Shown one piece after another: positions 6,878 through 16,761 of a stretch of DNA of 64,000 nt; the first letter of the stretch is position 1, and every line of letters starts with the position of its first letter. The translations under genes and the position numbers were made by a program. Source of the stretch: Bacteroidota bacterium (lineage in GTDB: Bacteria; Bacteroidota; Bacteroidia; UKL13-3); contig JAIXWI010000006.1 of assembly GCA_027491355.1 (NCBI GenBank), forward strand, positions 318 to 64,317, given 5' to 3'. Below the pieces are notes generated by a model, which saw only the letters and a program-made list of their open reading frames with translations, did not search any database and had not been told where the DNA came from.

Positions 6878-8348
6878 TTGGAAAGTCTTCTTCAATTAAA
6901 TTAGCCACTATTTTTCCTGAGTTCAAACACAAAGGAATGCCGCCTCCCGGGTGAACACTTCCCCCACACAAGTACAAACCACGGTATGTTGAACTGTAAT
7001 TTTTATGCCTTAGAAATGCTGAAAATTTTCCGTTGCTTGAATTGCCGTATAATGAACCACCAAAACTACTGGTTTTGCTTTCAATGGTTCTAGGGTCTAA
7101 AACGCTTTCTTCGGCTATCAACAAATCGATGCGGCTGTTTAACATTCTATTGAGTTTTTGAATGACAGCCTTTCTTGTTTGTGCTATAAGCTCATCCCAG
7201 TTTTGACTGCCATCATTGTGTGGAGCGTTTACCATTACAAACCAATTTTCGTGATTAGTAGGGGCATCTGCTTGGTGGTATTTAGAACTGATGTTGACAT
7301 AAACAGTTGGGTCATCCGAGAGCGTCTTGTGCTCAAACAAATGCGTGAATTCTTCTTTGTAATTGGCAGAAAAGAAAATATTGTGCAAATCCAGTTCAGG
7401 AAAATGCGATTGCATGCCCCAATAAAAAATAATGGCAGAGGAAGATTTTTCTTGTTGGAGAATGCGTTTGGGCAATTTGATACCAGGCATTAATTTGTAA
7501 TAGAGTGCATGGATGTCAATGTCAGATACTACCAAGTCTGATGCTATTTTTGTTCCATTCAATACAATGCCTTTTACTTTATTTTTTTCAATCCAAATTT
7601 GGTCAACTTTGCTAGAAAATTCAAAGGTAACTCCTAAGTTTTTACAGGTTTGATACAATGCATTGGTGATAGACTGCATGCCCCCATCAGGAAAATAAGC
7701 ACCTAAGTTTTGTTCTAAATGCGGAATCATGGTTAACAGGCCTGGTGCCTTGTAGGGGTTCGATCCATTGTAGGTAGCATAGCGGTTAAAAAACTGTACC
7801 AAATGCGGATGTCCTAATTCGTTTGTATTGACCTCGTGCATGGTTTTAAAAACATCTAAAGCAGCAATGTTTTTAATTCCTTTCCAAACTTTACTGGGTT
7901 TCAAATGCCCTATTCTGTGTATGGTATCTTCAACAAATAATTCAGCAGTACTTTCATATTTAAGTGAAGCTTTTTTTAAATAATTCAAAATGTTTTGTTT
8001 GTCAACCCCAGTTTTATTTGAAAGTTCATTTGCCAGTTCATCAGGGTCTGCATGGGCAGTTAATCTCAGACCATCCTCATAAAAATAATGACAAACTTGG
8101 TTGAGTTTTTGGTAGCGGAATGGAATGCTATCAGGGTTTGGATTCAGCGCAATGATTTCGTCTACCAAATGAGGTAGCGTAAACAAAGAAGGGCCTGCAT
8201 CAAAGCGGTAGTTTCCAAGTTGAATGCTTGTTAATTTACCCCCCGGATATGGATTGGCTTCAAAAATAGTAATTTGATAACCTTTGGCGGCAAGCCTTGC
8301 AGCAGTAGCTAGTCCGCCCATTCCGGCTCCAATGATAGACACTTTCAT
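6870..8348 (-). CDS. phytoene desaturase-family FAD oxidoreductase (CrtD-like carotenoid desaturase candidate)
   Basis: 492 aa. N-terminal dinucleotide fold is SIIGAGMGGLATAARLAAKGYQITIFE. C-terminal motif is GGSVHPGGGIP. It is divergent from crtI. Confidence 0.75.
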   Translation of the reverse strand: MKVSIIGAGMGGLATAARLAAKGYQITIFEANPYPGGKLTSIQLGNYRFDAGPSLFTLPHLVDEIIALNPNPDSIPFRYQKLNQVCHYFYEDGLRLTAHADPDELANELSNKTGVDKQNILNYLKKASLKYESTAELFVEDTIHRIGHLKPSKVWKGIKNIAALDVFKTMHEVNTNELGHPHLVQFFNRYATYNGSNPYKAPGLLTMIPHLEQNLGAYFPDGGMQSITNALYQTCKNLGVTFEFSSKVDQIWIEKNKVKGIVLNGTKIASDLVVSDIDIHALYYKLMPGIKLPKRILQQEKSSSAIIFYWGMQSHFPELDLHNIFFSANYKEEFTHLFEHKTLSDDPTVYVNISSKYHQADAPTNHENWFVMVNAPHNDGSQNWDELIAQTRKAVIQKLNRMLNSRIDLLIAEESVLDPRTIESKTSSFGGSLYGNSSNGKFSAFLRHKNYSSTYRGLYLCGGSVHPGGGIPLCLNSGKIVANLIEEDFPII

Positions 8349-8447
8349 GTTGTAAAAATAAAAATAATGAGGAAATCAAAACAAAAAAGGCGATATTCCT
8401 ATTTATTACTTTATAAATGTTTCAAGCTACGTAAAGTAATTCCCTTC

Positions 8448-9935
8448 ATGAAAAAGAAAAATGCAATCGTAATTGGCTCTGGTATAGCAGGTTTGTCTGC
8501 AGCCTCTTACTTGGCTAAGAGCGGATACGAAGTTGTCATCTTAGAAAAAAACAACCAAGCTGGTGGGAGAGCCAGACAATTTACTGCTGAAGGTTTTGTG
8601 TTTGACATGGGTCCAAGTTGGTATTGGATGCCCGATGTTTTTGAGAAATTTTACCAAGATTTTGGCCATACAACTGCCGATTTTTATGACCTCGTACGTT
8701 TAAACCCAAGTTACAGGGTTATTGATAAAAATGGGCAATCTGTTGACATTCCCGCAGACATGCATGAACTGGAGGCGTTGTTTGAAAAATATGAAAAAGG
8801 TGCAGGTTTACAGTTACGTCAATTCTTAAAAGAGGCAGCCTACAAATATGAGGTTGGTATCAATGATTTGGTTTACAAACCAGGTCTGAGTCTTTTGGAA
8901 TTTGCTGACATTAGGTTGTTAAAAGGTTTGCTAAAAATGGACGTACTCAACAACATGAGAAGCCATGTCCGTTCTTTTATCAAACACCCTTTTTTACAAG
9001 AATTGTTAGAATTCCCGGTTTTATTTTTGGGTGCATTGCCAGAAAATACACCTGCCTTGTACAGCCTCATGAATTATGCAGATATGAGCCTTGGAACCTG
9101 GTACCCAATGGGGGGTATGCATAAAATTATCGAAGCATTTGTACAAATTGCCAAACAACAGGGTGTTCAAATCCAACTGGATACACCGGTTGATGCCATT
9201 TTAGTAGAAAACGGAAAAGCAATTGGTGTTCAAACTTCAAATGGTAAATACTTGGCTGATGTAATAGTTGGTGCTGCCGATTACCATCATATTGAAAGCA
9301 AATTACTAGCACCTGCATACAGACAGTACAGTGAAAAGTATTGGGAGAACCGTAAAATGGCTCCTTCTTGTTTGTTGTATTACATTGGACTGAACAAACG
9401 CATTCCCAACATGCGTCACCATACCTTGTTTTTTGATACTGATTTTGAACTGCATTCCAAAGAAATATATACTCATCCGCAATGGCCTGAAAACCCCTTG
9501 TTTTATGTTTCTGCGCCTTCAGTTACAGACCCTACTGTTGCACCAGAGGGTTTTGAAAATATATTTCTATTGATACCTGTAGCGCCAGGCTTAACTGGTG
9601 ATGACGAGGCAACTAGAGAAAAATACCTGCACCTCATGCTCCAACGCATGGAACAAAGATTGGGCATTGCACTGGCTGAACATGTGGTATACAAAAAGAG
9701 TTACAGTATTCAGAATTTCACAGCGGATTACAATGCTTTCAAGGGCAATGCCTATGGATTGGCAAATACGCTTAGCCAAACAGCTATTTTAAAACCAAGA
9801 CTCAAACATAAACAAGTAAAAGGGCTCTACTATGCAGGTCAGCTAACGGTTCCGGGTCCGGGTGTACCTCCTTCAATTGTGAGCGGTAAAGTTTGTGCCA
9901 CCCAGATTTTAAAAGACATTAAAACAAAAGATTAG
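8448..9935 (+). CDS. crtI: phytoene desaturase
   Basis: Start refined to ATG 8448 (MKKKNAIVIGSGIAGLSAASYLAKSGYEVVILEKNNQAGGRAR). Contains MGPSWYWMPD and a C-terminal GPGVPPS motif. Confidence 0.85.
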   Translation: MKKKNAIVIGSGIAGLSAASYLAKSGYEVVILEKNNQAGGRARQFTAEGFVFDMGPSWYWMPDVFEKFYQDFGHTTADFYDLVRLNPSYRVIDKNGQSVDIPADMHELEALFEKYEKGAGLQLRQFLKEAAYKYEVGINDLVYKPGLSLLEFADIRLLKGLLKMDVLNNMRSHVRSFIKHPFLQELLEFPVLFLGALPENTPALYSLMNYADMSLGTWYPMGGMHKIIEAFVQIAKQQGVQIQLDTPVDAILVENGKAIGVQTSNGKYLADVIVGAADYHHIESKLLAPAYRQYSEKYWENRKMAPSCLLYYIGLNKRIPNMRHHTLFFDTDFELHSKEIYTHPQWPENPLFYVSAPSVTDPTVAPEGFENIFLLIPVAPGLTGDDEATREKYLHLMLQRMEQRLGIALAEHVVYKKSYSIQNFTADYNAFKGNAYGLANTLSQTAILKPRLKHKQVKGLYYAGQLTVPGPGVPPSIVSGKVCATQILKDIKTKD

Positions 9936-9983
9936 ATTTTGAGTTATACATTTAAATAGTGATTCACCCCTATATTATTAACA

Positions 9984-10820
9984 ATGAAGTACAAATTTGA
10001 CCAAATAGCCATTAGAGGAAGTAAAATGCTGACTCAAGCATACAGTACCTCTTTTTCTCTCGGAATCAGGTTTCTGGCTTCAAGATTTCACAATCCTATT
10101 TATGCCATTTATGGTTATGTGCGTTTGGCCGATGAAATAGTAGATTCTTTTCATGGTTACAAACAAGAAAAAATGCTCCAAGAATTAAGAAAAGATACCA
10201 TTCAGGCCATTGCAGATGGTATTAGTATCAATCCAGTCTTGCATGCATTTCAAGAAGTTGTCAATTTATACAACATCGAGTGGGAACTCATAGATACATT
10301 TTTGAAGAGCATGGAAATGGATCTCAGCAAACATCAATACAACCAAGAAGAGTACGAAGTTTATATTTTGGGCTCAGCGGAGGTTGTAGGTTTGATGTGC
10401 CTGAGGGTTTTCATGGAAGGAAACAATGAATCATATGAAAAATTAAAACCATACGCCATGAAATTGGGCTCTGCATTGCAAAAGATAAATTTCTTACGCG
10501 ATTTAAATGCAGACCAAAACGCTTTGGGACGCCAATATTTTCCTCAATTGTTGAATGGTCAATTCACTGAAAAAGTAAAACGTGAGGTTGAGGCTGATAT
10601 TGAGGCCGATTTTGAATTGGGATACCAAGGAATTAAACTACTCCCAAAAGATGCAAGATTTGGCGTATATGTAGCCTATATTTATTATTCAAAATTATTG
10701 AACAAAATCAAGCAAATTCCAGCAAGCACTGTATTACATGAAAGGGTGCGTATATCTGATCAACGTAAATATGCTTTGTTTTGTAGTTCTTTGTTCAGAC
10801 ACAGCTTTAATCTTTTGTAA
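9984..10820 (+). CDS. crtB: phytoene synthase
   Basis: 278 aa with YVRLADEIVD and squalene/phytoene synthase signatures (GSAEVVGLM, LGSALQKINFLRD). Confidence 0.85.
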   Translation: MKYKFDQIAIRGSKMLTQAYSTSFSLGIRFLASRFHNPIYAIYGYVRLADEIVDSFHGYKQEKMLQELRKDTIQAIADGISINPVLHAFQEVVNLYNIEWELIDTFLKSMEMDLSKHQYNQEEYEVYILGSAEVVGLMCLRVFMEGNNESYEKLKPYAMKLGSALQKINFLRDLNADQNALGRQYFPQLLNGQFTEKVKREVEADIEADFELGYQGIKLLPKDARFGVYVAYIYYSKLLNKIKQIPASTVLHERVRISDQRKYALFCSSLFRHSFNLL

Positions 10821-10826
10821 AGGTTC

Positions 10827-11309
10827 ATGTTCAAATTGCTATTGTGGCTTGTTTTTTTGCCACAAACTCAAGAAGTCAACCTTTCTGTCAGAACACGTTT
10901 TCATCAAGCAATTGATCAGAGTAAAATAGCTGAAGCTTTGATGCAAGACTTATCTGTGCAAAAATCCAAATCTGCTTATTTGGAGGCCTATGAAGCAGCT
11001 TTATACATGGTCAATGCCAAATACTTATTTTTGCCTACTTCTAAATATGCTAGTTTTAAAAAAGGTAAAGTGCAATTGGAATCAATCATTGCAAACAATC
11101 CAAACAACGTTGAGTTCCGCTATTTGCGACTAATTATTCAAAAGAATGTACCTCATTTTTTAGGCTACCACGACAAGCAAGCATCAGATCAATTATTTTT
11201 ATTGTACCAATTTAAAAACATACAAGACCAGGATTTGAAATCGAGAATCAAAGGTTTTTTAATTAAAAATTGTAAGTTAGACGCAGCTCAAATCAAATAC
11301 CTGAATTAA
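10827..11309 (+). CDS. hypothetical protein encoded inside the carotenoid operon
   Basis: 160 aa. Begins 7 bp after the crtB stop, and its stop overlaps the idi start (TAAATG). No recognisable motif. Confidence 0.5.
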   Translation: MFKLLLWLVFLPQTQEVNLSVRTRFHQAIDQSKIAEALMQDLSVQKSKSAYLEAYEAALYMVNAKYLFLPTSKYASFKKGKVQLESIIANNPNNVEFRYLRLIIQKNVPHFLGYHDKQASDQLFLLYQFKNIQDQDLKSRIKGFLIKNCKLDAAQIKYLN

Positions 11310-11828
11310 ATGTACGAAGAAGTAATATTGGTTACTGAAAATGACGAAGAAATTGGCCTCATGGAAAAACTAGAGGCTCATCAGAAAGGCCTGTTGCACC
11401 GTGCTTTCTCGGTATTTTTATTCAATGAAAACCACGAAATTTTATTGCAACAAAGAGCGCTTACTAAATACCATTCAGCAGGTTTATGGACCAATACCTG
11501 TTGCAGTCATCCTAGAAAAAATGAACAGGTAATAGATGCTGCCAATAGAAGGCTACAGGAAGAAATGGGCATTGTGTCAAACCTCACAATAAAAAACAAA
11601 TTCATTTACCACGCGCCTTTTGACAATGGTTTGATTGAACACGAACTGGATTATATTTTAACAGGTTTTTACAATGGTCCTGTGAATTTTAACAAAGATG
11701 AAGTTGCTGCGTATAAATGGATGTCAATGGAAGCCATTTTAAAAGATTGCGCTTTAAACCCAACCCAATACACTGTTTGGTTTAGGCATATTTTGAACCA
11801 CCATATTCAGGAAATTTCAGCACTTTAA
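11310..11828 (+). CDS. idi: isopentenyl-diphosphate delta-isomerase, type 1 (NUDIX)
   Basis: 172 aa with HRAFSVFLFN...LLQQRALTKYHSAGLWTNTCCSHP, as in IDI-1. Confidence 0.85.
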   Translation: MYEEVILVTENDEEIGLMEKLEAHQKGLLHRAFSVFLFNENHEILLQQRALTKYHSAGLWTNTCCSHPRKNEQVIDAANRRLQEEMGIVSNLTIKNKFIYHAPFDNGLIEHELDYILTGFYNGPVNFNKDEVAAYKWMSMEAILKDCALNPTQYTVWFRHILNHHIQEISAL

Positions 11829-11845
11829 TTTTAAACATCTTAAAG

Positions 11846-12469
11846 ATGCACCCGATTGTTCAAAAAATAAACAAAGGTGAGGGAGAAGACTTAGACTTCA
11901 AACAAACCATATCCTCGGCGTCAAAAATTGCAAAAACTATTTGCTCTTTTGCCAATCACAAGGGTGGTACTTTATTAGTTGGTGTAAGCGATAACAAATC
12001 AATTCTGGGGGTTAAGAGCGAAGATGAAAAGTACATGCTCGACTTGGCTGCACAATTTTATATCAAACCACCTATTTCGCTCACCATTTTTGAATGGGAG
12101 TTTGGTAACAAAACAATTCTAGAAGCGGTAGTTCCAGATGGCATAGACAAACCTTACTTTGCCAAAGGAGAGGATGGAAAATGGTGGGCCTACATCCGGG
12201 TTAAAGACAAGTCGTTGTTGGCTAGTAAAATTGTGTTAGATGTAATCAGAAGAAATAATGGCAAACAACCTAACATAGTTCAATATACCAGACATGAAGA
12301 AAACCTCCTAAAATACTTGCGTTCAAACGAGCGCATCACAACCAAAGAGGTTTGTAAGCTACTCAATATTTCTAGATGGAGGGCTCAGAAAATACTGGTA
12401 TCCTTGGTAAGTGCGGGAATAATTCGTAACCATACTACCGAAAAATTAGAGTATTTTACTTTGAGTTAA
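11846..12469 (+). CDS. AlbA_2 (Schlafen-like putative DNA-binding) domain protein with C-terminal HTH
   Basis: 207 aa. N-terminus DLDFKQTISSASKIAKTICSFANHKGGTLLVGVSD matches the AlbA_2/divergent AAA_4 signature. C-terminal HTH is TTKEVCKLLNISRWRAQKILVSLVSAGII. Confidence 0.6.
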   Translation: MHPIVQKINKGEGEDLDFKQTISSASKIAKTICSFANHKGGTLLVGVSDNKSILGVKSEDEKYMLDLAAQFYIKPPISLTIFEWEFGNKTILEAVVPDGIDKPYFAKGEDGKWWAYIRVKDKSLLASKIVLDVIRRNNGKQPNIVQYTRHEENLLKYLRSNERITTKEVCKLLNISRWRAQKILVSLVSAGIIRNHTTEKLEYFTLS

Positions 12470-12532
12470 ATGAGAAAAAATTAAGAGAATAAATAGCCCT
12501 TTTTAATTAGCTTTGTTTTAAACATTTGTCAC

Positions 12533-13003
12533 ATGCGTAAACTGATTTTTTTACTTCAGGTTCTTTTCTTTGTAGCTCAGGCCAGTGCTCAAGCACCCAA
12601 TCCTAAAAACATAGAATTGGCCAAAAAATTTGTATATTTTTTAGACAACGGGTTCGAAAAAATTGATTTACTAAAAGTTTCTTCTGTAAAACGTTCTTTC
12701 TTCACCCTTGGCAGACCCAAATTAATCATTGCCGAGAAAACCGATAAAAGTCAAAAAAATTTGGTCAATTCGTATTCAATTTTAGTTAAAGGTGCAAGCA
12801 ACAGTGACCATGATAAAAAGGCATTCCCTTGCCCATCACCTTTTTCTACAACCAAATGCAATGACTTTATTACAGTACAGCAGGCAAAATCTTCTATCAC
12901 TTTTTTAGAGATAAAATTAAATAAAATAATGCCAGGGCAGCCAACAAACCCTAAGGTTCCAATTGGAAACCTACCTATTGGTTTTTATTTATTCCTCGAC
13001 TAA
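12533..13003 (+). CDS. hypothetical secreted protein
   Basis: 156 aa with signal peptide MRKLIFLLQVLFFVAQASAQA. Confidence 0.5.
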   Translation: MRKLIFLLQVLFFVAQASAQAPNPKNIELAKKFVYFLDNGFEKIDLLKVSSVKRSFFTLGRPKLIIAEKTDKSQKNLVNSYSILVKGASNSDHDKKAFPCPSPFSTTKCNDFITVQQAKSSITFLEIKLNKIMPGQPTNPKVPIGNLPIGFYLFLD

Positions 13004-13052
13004 AATTACGCGAATTGTTTTCTATGACCTACATTTGCAACAAATAAACAAT

Positions 13053-13748
13053 ATGAAGGTAGGTGTTGTCATTTTCCCTGGTTCCAATTGCGACCAAGAT
13101 GCCATTTATGCTTTTAACAATCAATTTGGTTGTGAAACAGTTGCACTTTGGCACAAAGATGAAGATTTACAAGCTTGTGACTTGGTTTTTTTACCTGGTG
13201 GCTTCAGTTATGGCGACTACCTAAGAAGTGGAGCCATTGCTAAGTTGTCACCAATTATGCAGCATGTTATTTCATTTGCAAACAAGGGTGGTCTGGTAAT
13301 GGGCGTATGTAACGGTTTCCAGATATTGTGTGAAAGCAATTTATTACCTGGAGCATTGTTACACAATGACCACCAAAAATTCAATTGTAAAAATGTTTGG
13401 ATCAAACCACAAACATTACAAACACATCTTACTTCAGCTCTTGATTTAAATACTGCCTATAAAATTCCTATTGCTCATGGCGAAGGAAGATACTATTGCG
13501 ATGAGGCAACACTAACTAGCATGCAGCAAAATGATCAAATTCTGTTCAAGTATTGTGCTGAAAATGGCAACATTGACATAGAATCAAATCCCAATGGTTC
13601 ACTGGCAAACATAGCAGGTATTTGCAACCAAACCAGAAATGTATTTGGAATGATGCCTCATCCTGAAAGGGCTGTTGATGCTGAATTATTTAACACAGAC
13701 GGCAGACTCATGTTCGAAGGATTGTTAGGGGCATTGATAAAGCATTAA
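13053..13748 (+). CDS. purQ: phosphoribosylformylglycinamidine synthase subunit I (glutamine amidotransferase)
   Basis: Start refined to ATG 13053 (MKVGVVIFPGSNCD). Contains GGFSYGDYLRSGAIA and catalytic GVCNGFQIL. Confidence 0.85.
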   Translation: MKVGVVIFPGSNCDQDAIYAFNNQFGCETVALWHKDEDLQACDLVFLPGGFSYGDYLRSGAIAKLSPIMQHVISFANKGGLVMGVCNGFQILCESNLLPGALLHNDHQKFNCKNVWIKPQTLQTHLTSALDLNTAYKIPIAHGEGRYYCDEATLTSMQQNDQILFKYCAENGNIDIESNPNGSLANIAGICNQTRNVFGMMPHPERAVDAELFNTDGRLMFEGLLGALIKH

Positions 13749-13809
13749 TTCATACAAATTTTATTCGAACAAGCGCTCCAAATCAGCTAATTTTTAGCTT
13801 TATTTGAAC

Positions 13810-16761
13810 ATGCGTCATTGTTTTTTAATTCTATTCTATTTTTGGACAACTGGTATTTTTGCACAGCAATCATATCCTTTAAATGGTCCTACTAATCTAA
13901 AGTCAGGGCGTTATGCTTTGACACACGCAACAGTTTGGACAGATGCTGATCATGTCATTCAAGATGCGCTTTTGCTCATTGAAAATGGCAAATTGGTTTA
14001 TGTTGGAGCGTTCAAGGATGTTTCATCAAACTATACCATTATAGATCAAAAGGGGAAGGTAATTTATCCAGCATTTATTGATTTATTCAGCGATTACGGT
14101 ATTAAATGGGAGCCTAAAAATGCCTTGAGAAATACCCATGGTTTTTACAGCGCCAAAAGAGGAGCTTTTCATTGGAACGAAGCCATCAGAGCTGAAGAAA
14201 AAGCGGCACAATACTTTAGCCCTGATGAAAAGCAAAAATCTGCCTATTTAGCTGCTGGTTTTGGAGTAGCAATGAGTGCTTTACAAGATGGCATTTGTAG
14301 AGGGAGTTCAGTATTGGTCAACACGGTAGCTTCTGTTCCGCATGAGGCGATATTAAGAGAAGAAGCCAGCATGAATTGGAGTTTTCATAAAGGTTCGTCA
14401 ACAGTAGATTACCCTACCTCTGCAATGGGTTCAGTTGCACTGATTAGACAAACCTTGTACGATATAAAACGAAATTATACAGCTCAGGAAAACAATATCA
14501 GTTTTATGTGTTTGATGAAAAATCAACAATTACCAGTGTTGTTTGAAGCCGAAAACAAATGGGCAGTTTTAAGAGCAGCAAAAATTGCCAAAGAATTTTC
14601 AGCAAACAATTGGATCATCAAAGGCAATGGAGATGAATACCAAAGAAGCAAGCTACTAGCTGAAATGGGTTTACCCATGGTCATTCCAGTAAACTTTCCT
14701 AAACCCTATGATGTAGAAGACCCATTTGATGCCAATTTAGTTAGCTTAGCTGATTTAAAGCATTGGGAATATGCACCTGCCAACTTGGCCGTTGTACATG
14801 CAGCTAAAATACCATTTGCTATTACCATGAGAGGTTGCGAGGACCCACAAACATTCTTGAAAAATTTGCGGATGGCAGTACAACAAGGCCTACCAAAATC
14901 TGAAGCCCTTAGGGCATTGACTGAAACTCCTGCAAGGCTCATTGGAGCAAGTACTATTTGTGGTAGCATTGGTATGGGTATGCCAGCCAACTTTATTATT
15001 TGTGACAAGCCAATTTTTGACAAAGATGCAAAGGTTTTGGCCCATTGGAGTGGCGCTGAAATGATACCTTTAAGTTTTGAAACAACTATCCCTGTTTCTG
15101 GTTTATTTGCATTGCAATCGGAGTTGCCTTACCACCATTTACAATTGACTCAACAATCGGAAAAATGGAGTGGAAATTTAATAGGAACAGATACCATCCC
15201 ATTAACGGTTACAAGAGAAGCTGGCACCTACCAATTGACATGGGCGCCTGATAAAAAAACTGTTTTGCATTGTACCATGCGTTTAGCATTTATCAATCAA
15301 AACAATCAAATTCAAGCCAGTGGAATTGCAACCTGGACTGAAGGTAAAACTGTTTCAGTAATGCTCAAACAGGAAACAGCAATACTCCCAAAAGATTTGC
15401 AGTTGCAAGATTCAACAACAATCATAGTGCCTGAAATTCCCTTCCCTTTTGTGGAATTTGGTAGAATAAATTTACCAGAACAAGAAGAAGTAATTTTTAA
15501 AGGGGCAAGCATTTGGACCAATACTGAAAAAAGCATTTTGTATGATCAAGATGTACAAATTAAAGGAGGAAAAATTGTTGCTATTGGTTCAGGATTGTAT
15601 AGTACTACAGCCAAAACTATTGATGCAAAAGGGATGCATTTGACCAACGGAATTATTGATGAACACTCACATTTAGCAATTTACAGAGGTGTCAATGAAT
15701 GTTCACAAGCCATTACTGCAGAAGTAAGAATTGGCGATGTCATACAACCTGAAGACATTAATATATACAGGCAATTGGCGGGTGGTGTCATTGGTGCTCA
15801 ATTGTTACATGGTTCTTGCAATCCAATTGGAGGTCAAAGTGCATTGATTAAATTGCGTTGGGGTAAGTCGGCAGAAGAGATGAAAATAAAAGGTGCTGAT
15901 GGTTTTATCAAATTTGCCTTAGGTGAAAATGTCAAACAAAGTGGGGGAGGGCCTGGATTGAGATATCCTCAAACCCGAATGGGTGTAGAGCAATTGTACT
16001 TGGATGCCTTTAAAAGGGCTTTGGCATATGAGGCAGAACTAAAGAAAAATCCCAAGGCATGTAGAAAAGACCTTGAATTAGAAGCATTGCTTGAAATTTT
16101 AAACAAAAAACGTTTTATCAGTTGTCACAGTTATGTACAATCCGAGATTAACATGTTAATGCACATAGCCAATAATTTTGGTTTTAAGGTAAACACCTTT
16201 ACCCATATTTTAGAAGGTTATAAAGTGGCAGATAAAATGAAAACACATGGAGTAGCAGCCAGTACTTTTGCCGATTGGTGGGCATACAAATTTGAGGTAA
16301 TGGATGCCATACCATACAATGGTGCAATATTGAATGACATGGGCATTGTGACTGCAATAAATAGTGATGATGCTGAAATGGGAAGACGCCTGAACCAAGA
16401 AGCAGCAAAAATGATTAAATACGGAAATTTATCTGAAGAAGCGGCCTGGAAAATGGTAACGCTTAATCCTGCAAAAATATTACACATAGACCATTTAACT
16501 GGCTCAATTGAAATTGGTAAAGATGCAGATTTGGTGCTTTGGAACAACAATCCACTAAGTATTTATGCCAAACCATTGTACACCTTTGTAGATGGTATTT
16601 GTTATTTTTCTATAGAAACAGATGCCAAACTTAGAACAGCAGTCAAGCAAGAAAGAAACCGCATTGTTCAAAAAATGATTGCCTTGAAACAACAAGGTAT
16701 CAAAACACAAAAACAAATTAGTATCCCAGATGAAAATTACCATTGTGAAGATGAAAACTAA
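13810..16761 (+). CDS. secreted amidohydrolase family protein (two amidohydrolase-like regions, COG1228-type)
   Basis: ~983 aa from ATG 13810 with signal peptide MRHCFLILFYFWTTGIFAQQ. Metal-binding HxH-type segments (IIDEHSHLAIY) and a C-terminal GSIEIGKDADLVLW motif. Confidence 0.8.
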   Translation: MRHCFLILFYFWTTGIFAQQSYPLNGPTNLKSGRYALTHATVWTDADHVIQDALLLIENGKLVYVGAFKDVSSNYTIIDQKGKVIYPAFIDLFSDYGIKWEPKNALRNTHGFYSAKRGAFHWNEAIRAEEKAAQYFSPDEKQKSAYLAAGFGVAMSALQDGICRGSSVLVNTVASVPHEAILREEASMNWSFHKGSSTVDYPTSAMGSVALIRQTLYDIKRNYTAQENNISFMCLMKNQQLPVLFEAENKWAVLRAAKIAKEFSANNWIIKGNGDEYQRSKLLAEMGLPMVIPVNFPKPYDVEDPFDANLVSLADLKHWEYAPANLAVVHAAKIPFAITMRGCEDPQTFLKNLRMAVQQGLPKSEALRALTETPARLIGASTICGSIGMGMPANFIICDKPIFDKDAKVLAHWSGAEMIPLSFETTIPVSGLFALQSELPYHHLQLTQQSEKWSGNLIGTDTIPLTVTREAGTYQLTWAPDKKTVLHCTMRLAFINQNNQIQASGIATWTEGKTVSVMLKQETAILPKDLQLQDSTTIIVPEIPFPFVEFGRINLPEQEEVIFKGASIWTNTEKSILYDQDVQIKGGKIVAIGSGLYSTTAKTIDAKGMHLTNGIIDEHSHLAIYRGVNECSQAITAEVRIGDVIQPEDINIYRQLAGGVIGAQLLHGSCNPIGGQSALIKLRWGKSAEEMKIKGADGFIKFALGENVKQSGGGPGLRYPQTRMGVEQLYLDAFKRALAYEAELKKNPKACRKDLELEALLEILNKKRFISCHSYVQSEINMLMHIANNFGFKVNTFTHILEGYKVADKMKTHGVAASTFADWWAYKFEVMDAIPYNGAILNDMGIVTAINSDDAEMGRRLNQEAAKMIKYGNLSEEAAWKMVTLNPAKILHIDHLTGSIEIGKDADLVLWNNNPLSIYAKPLYTFVDGICYFSIETDAKLRTAVKQERNRIVQKMIALKQQGIKTQKQISIPDENYHCEDEN

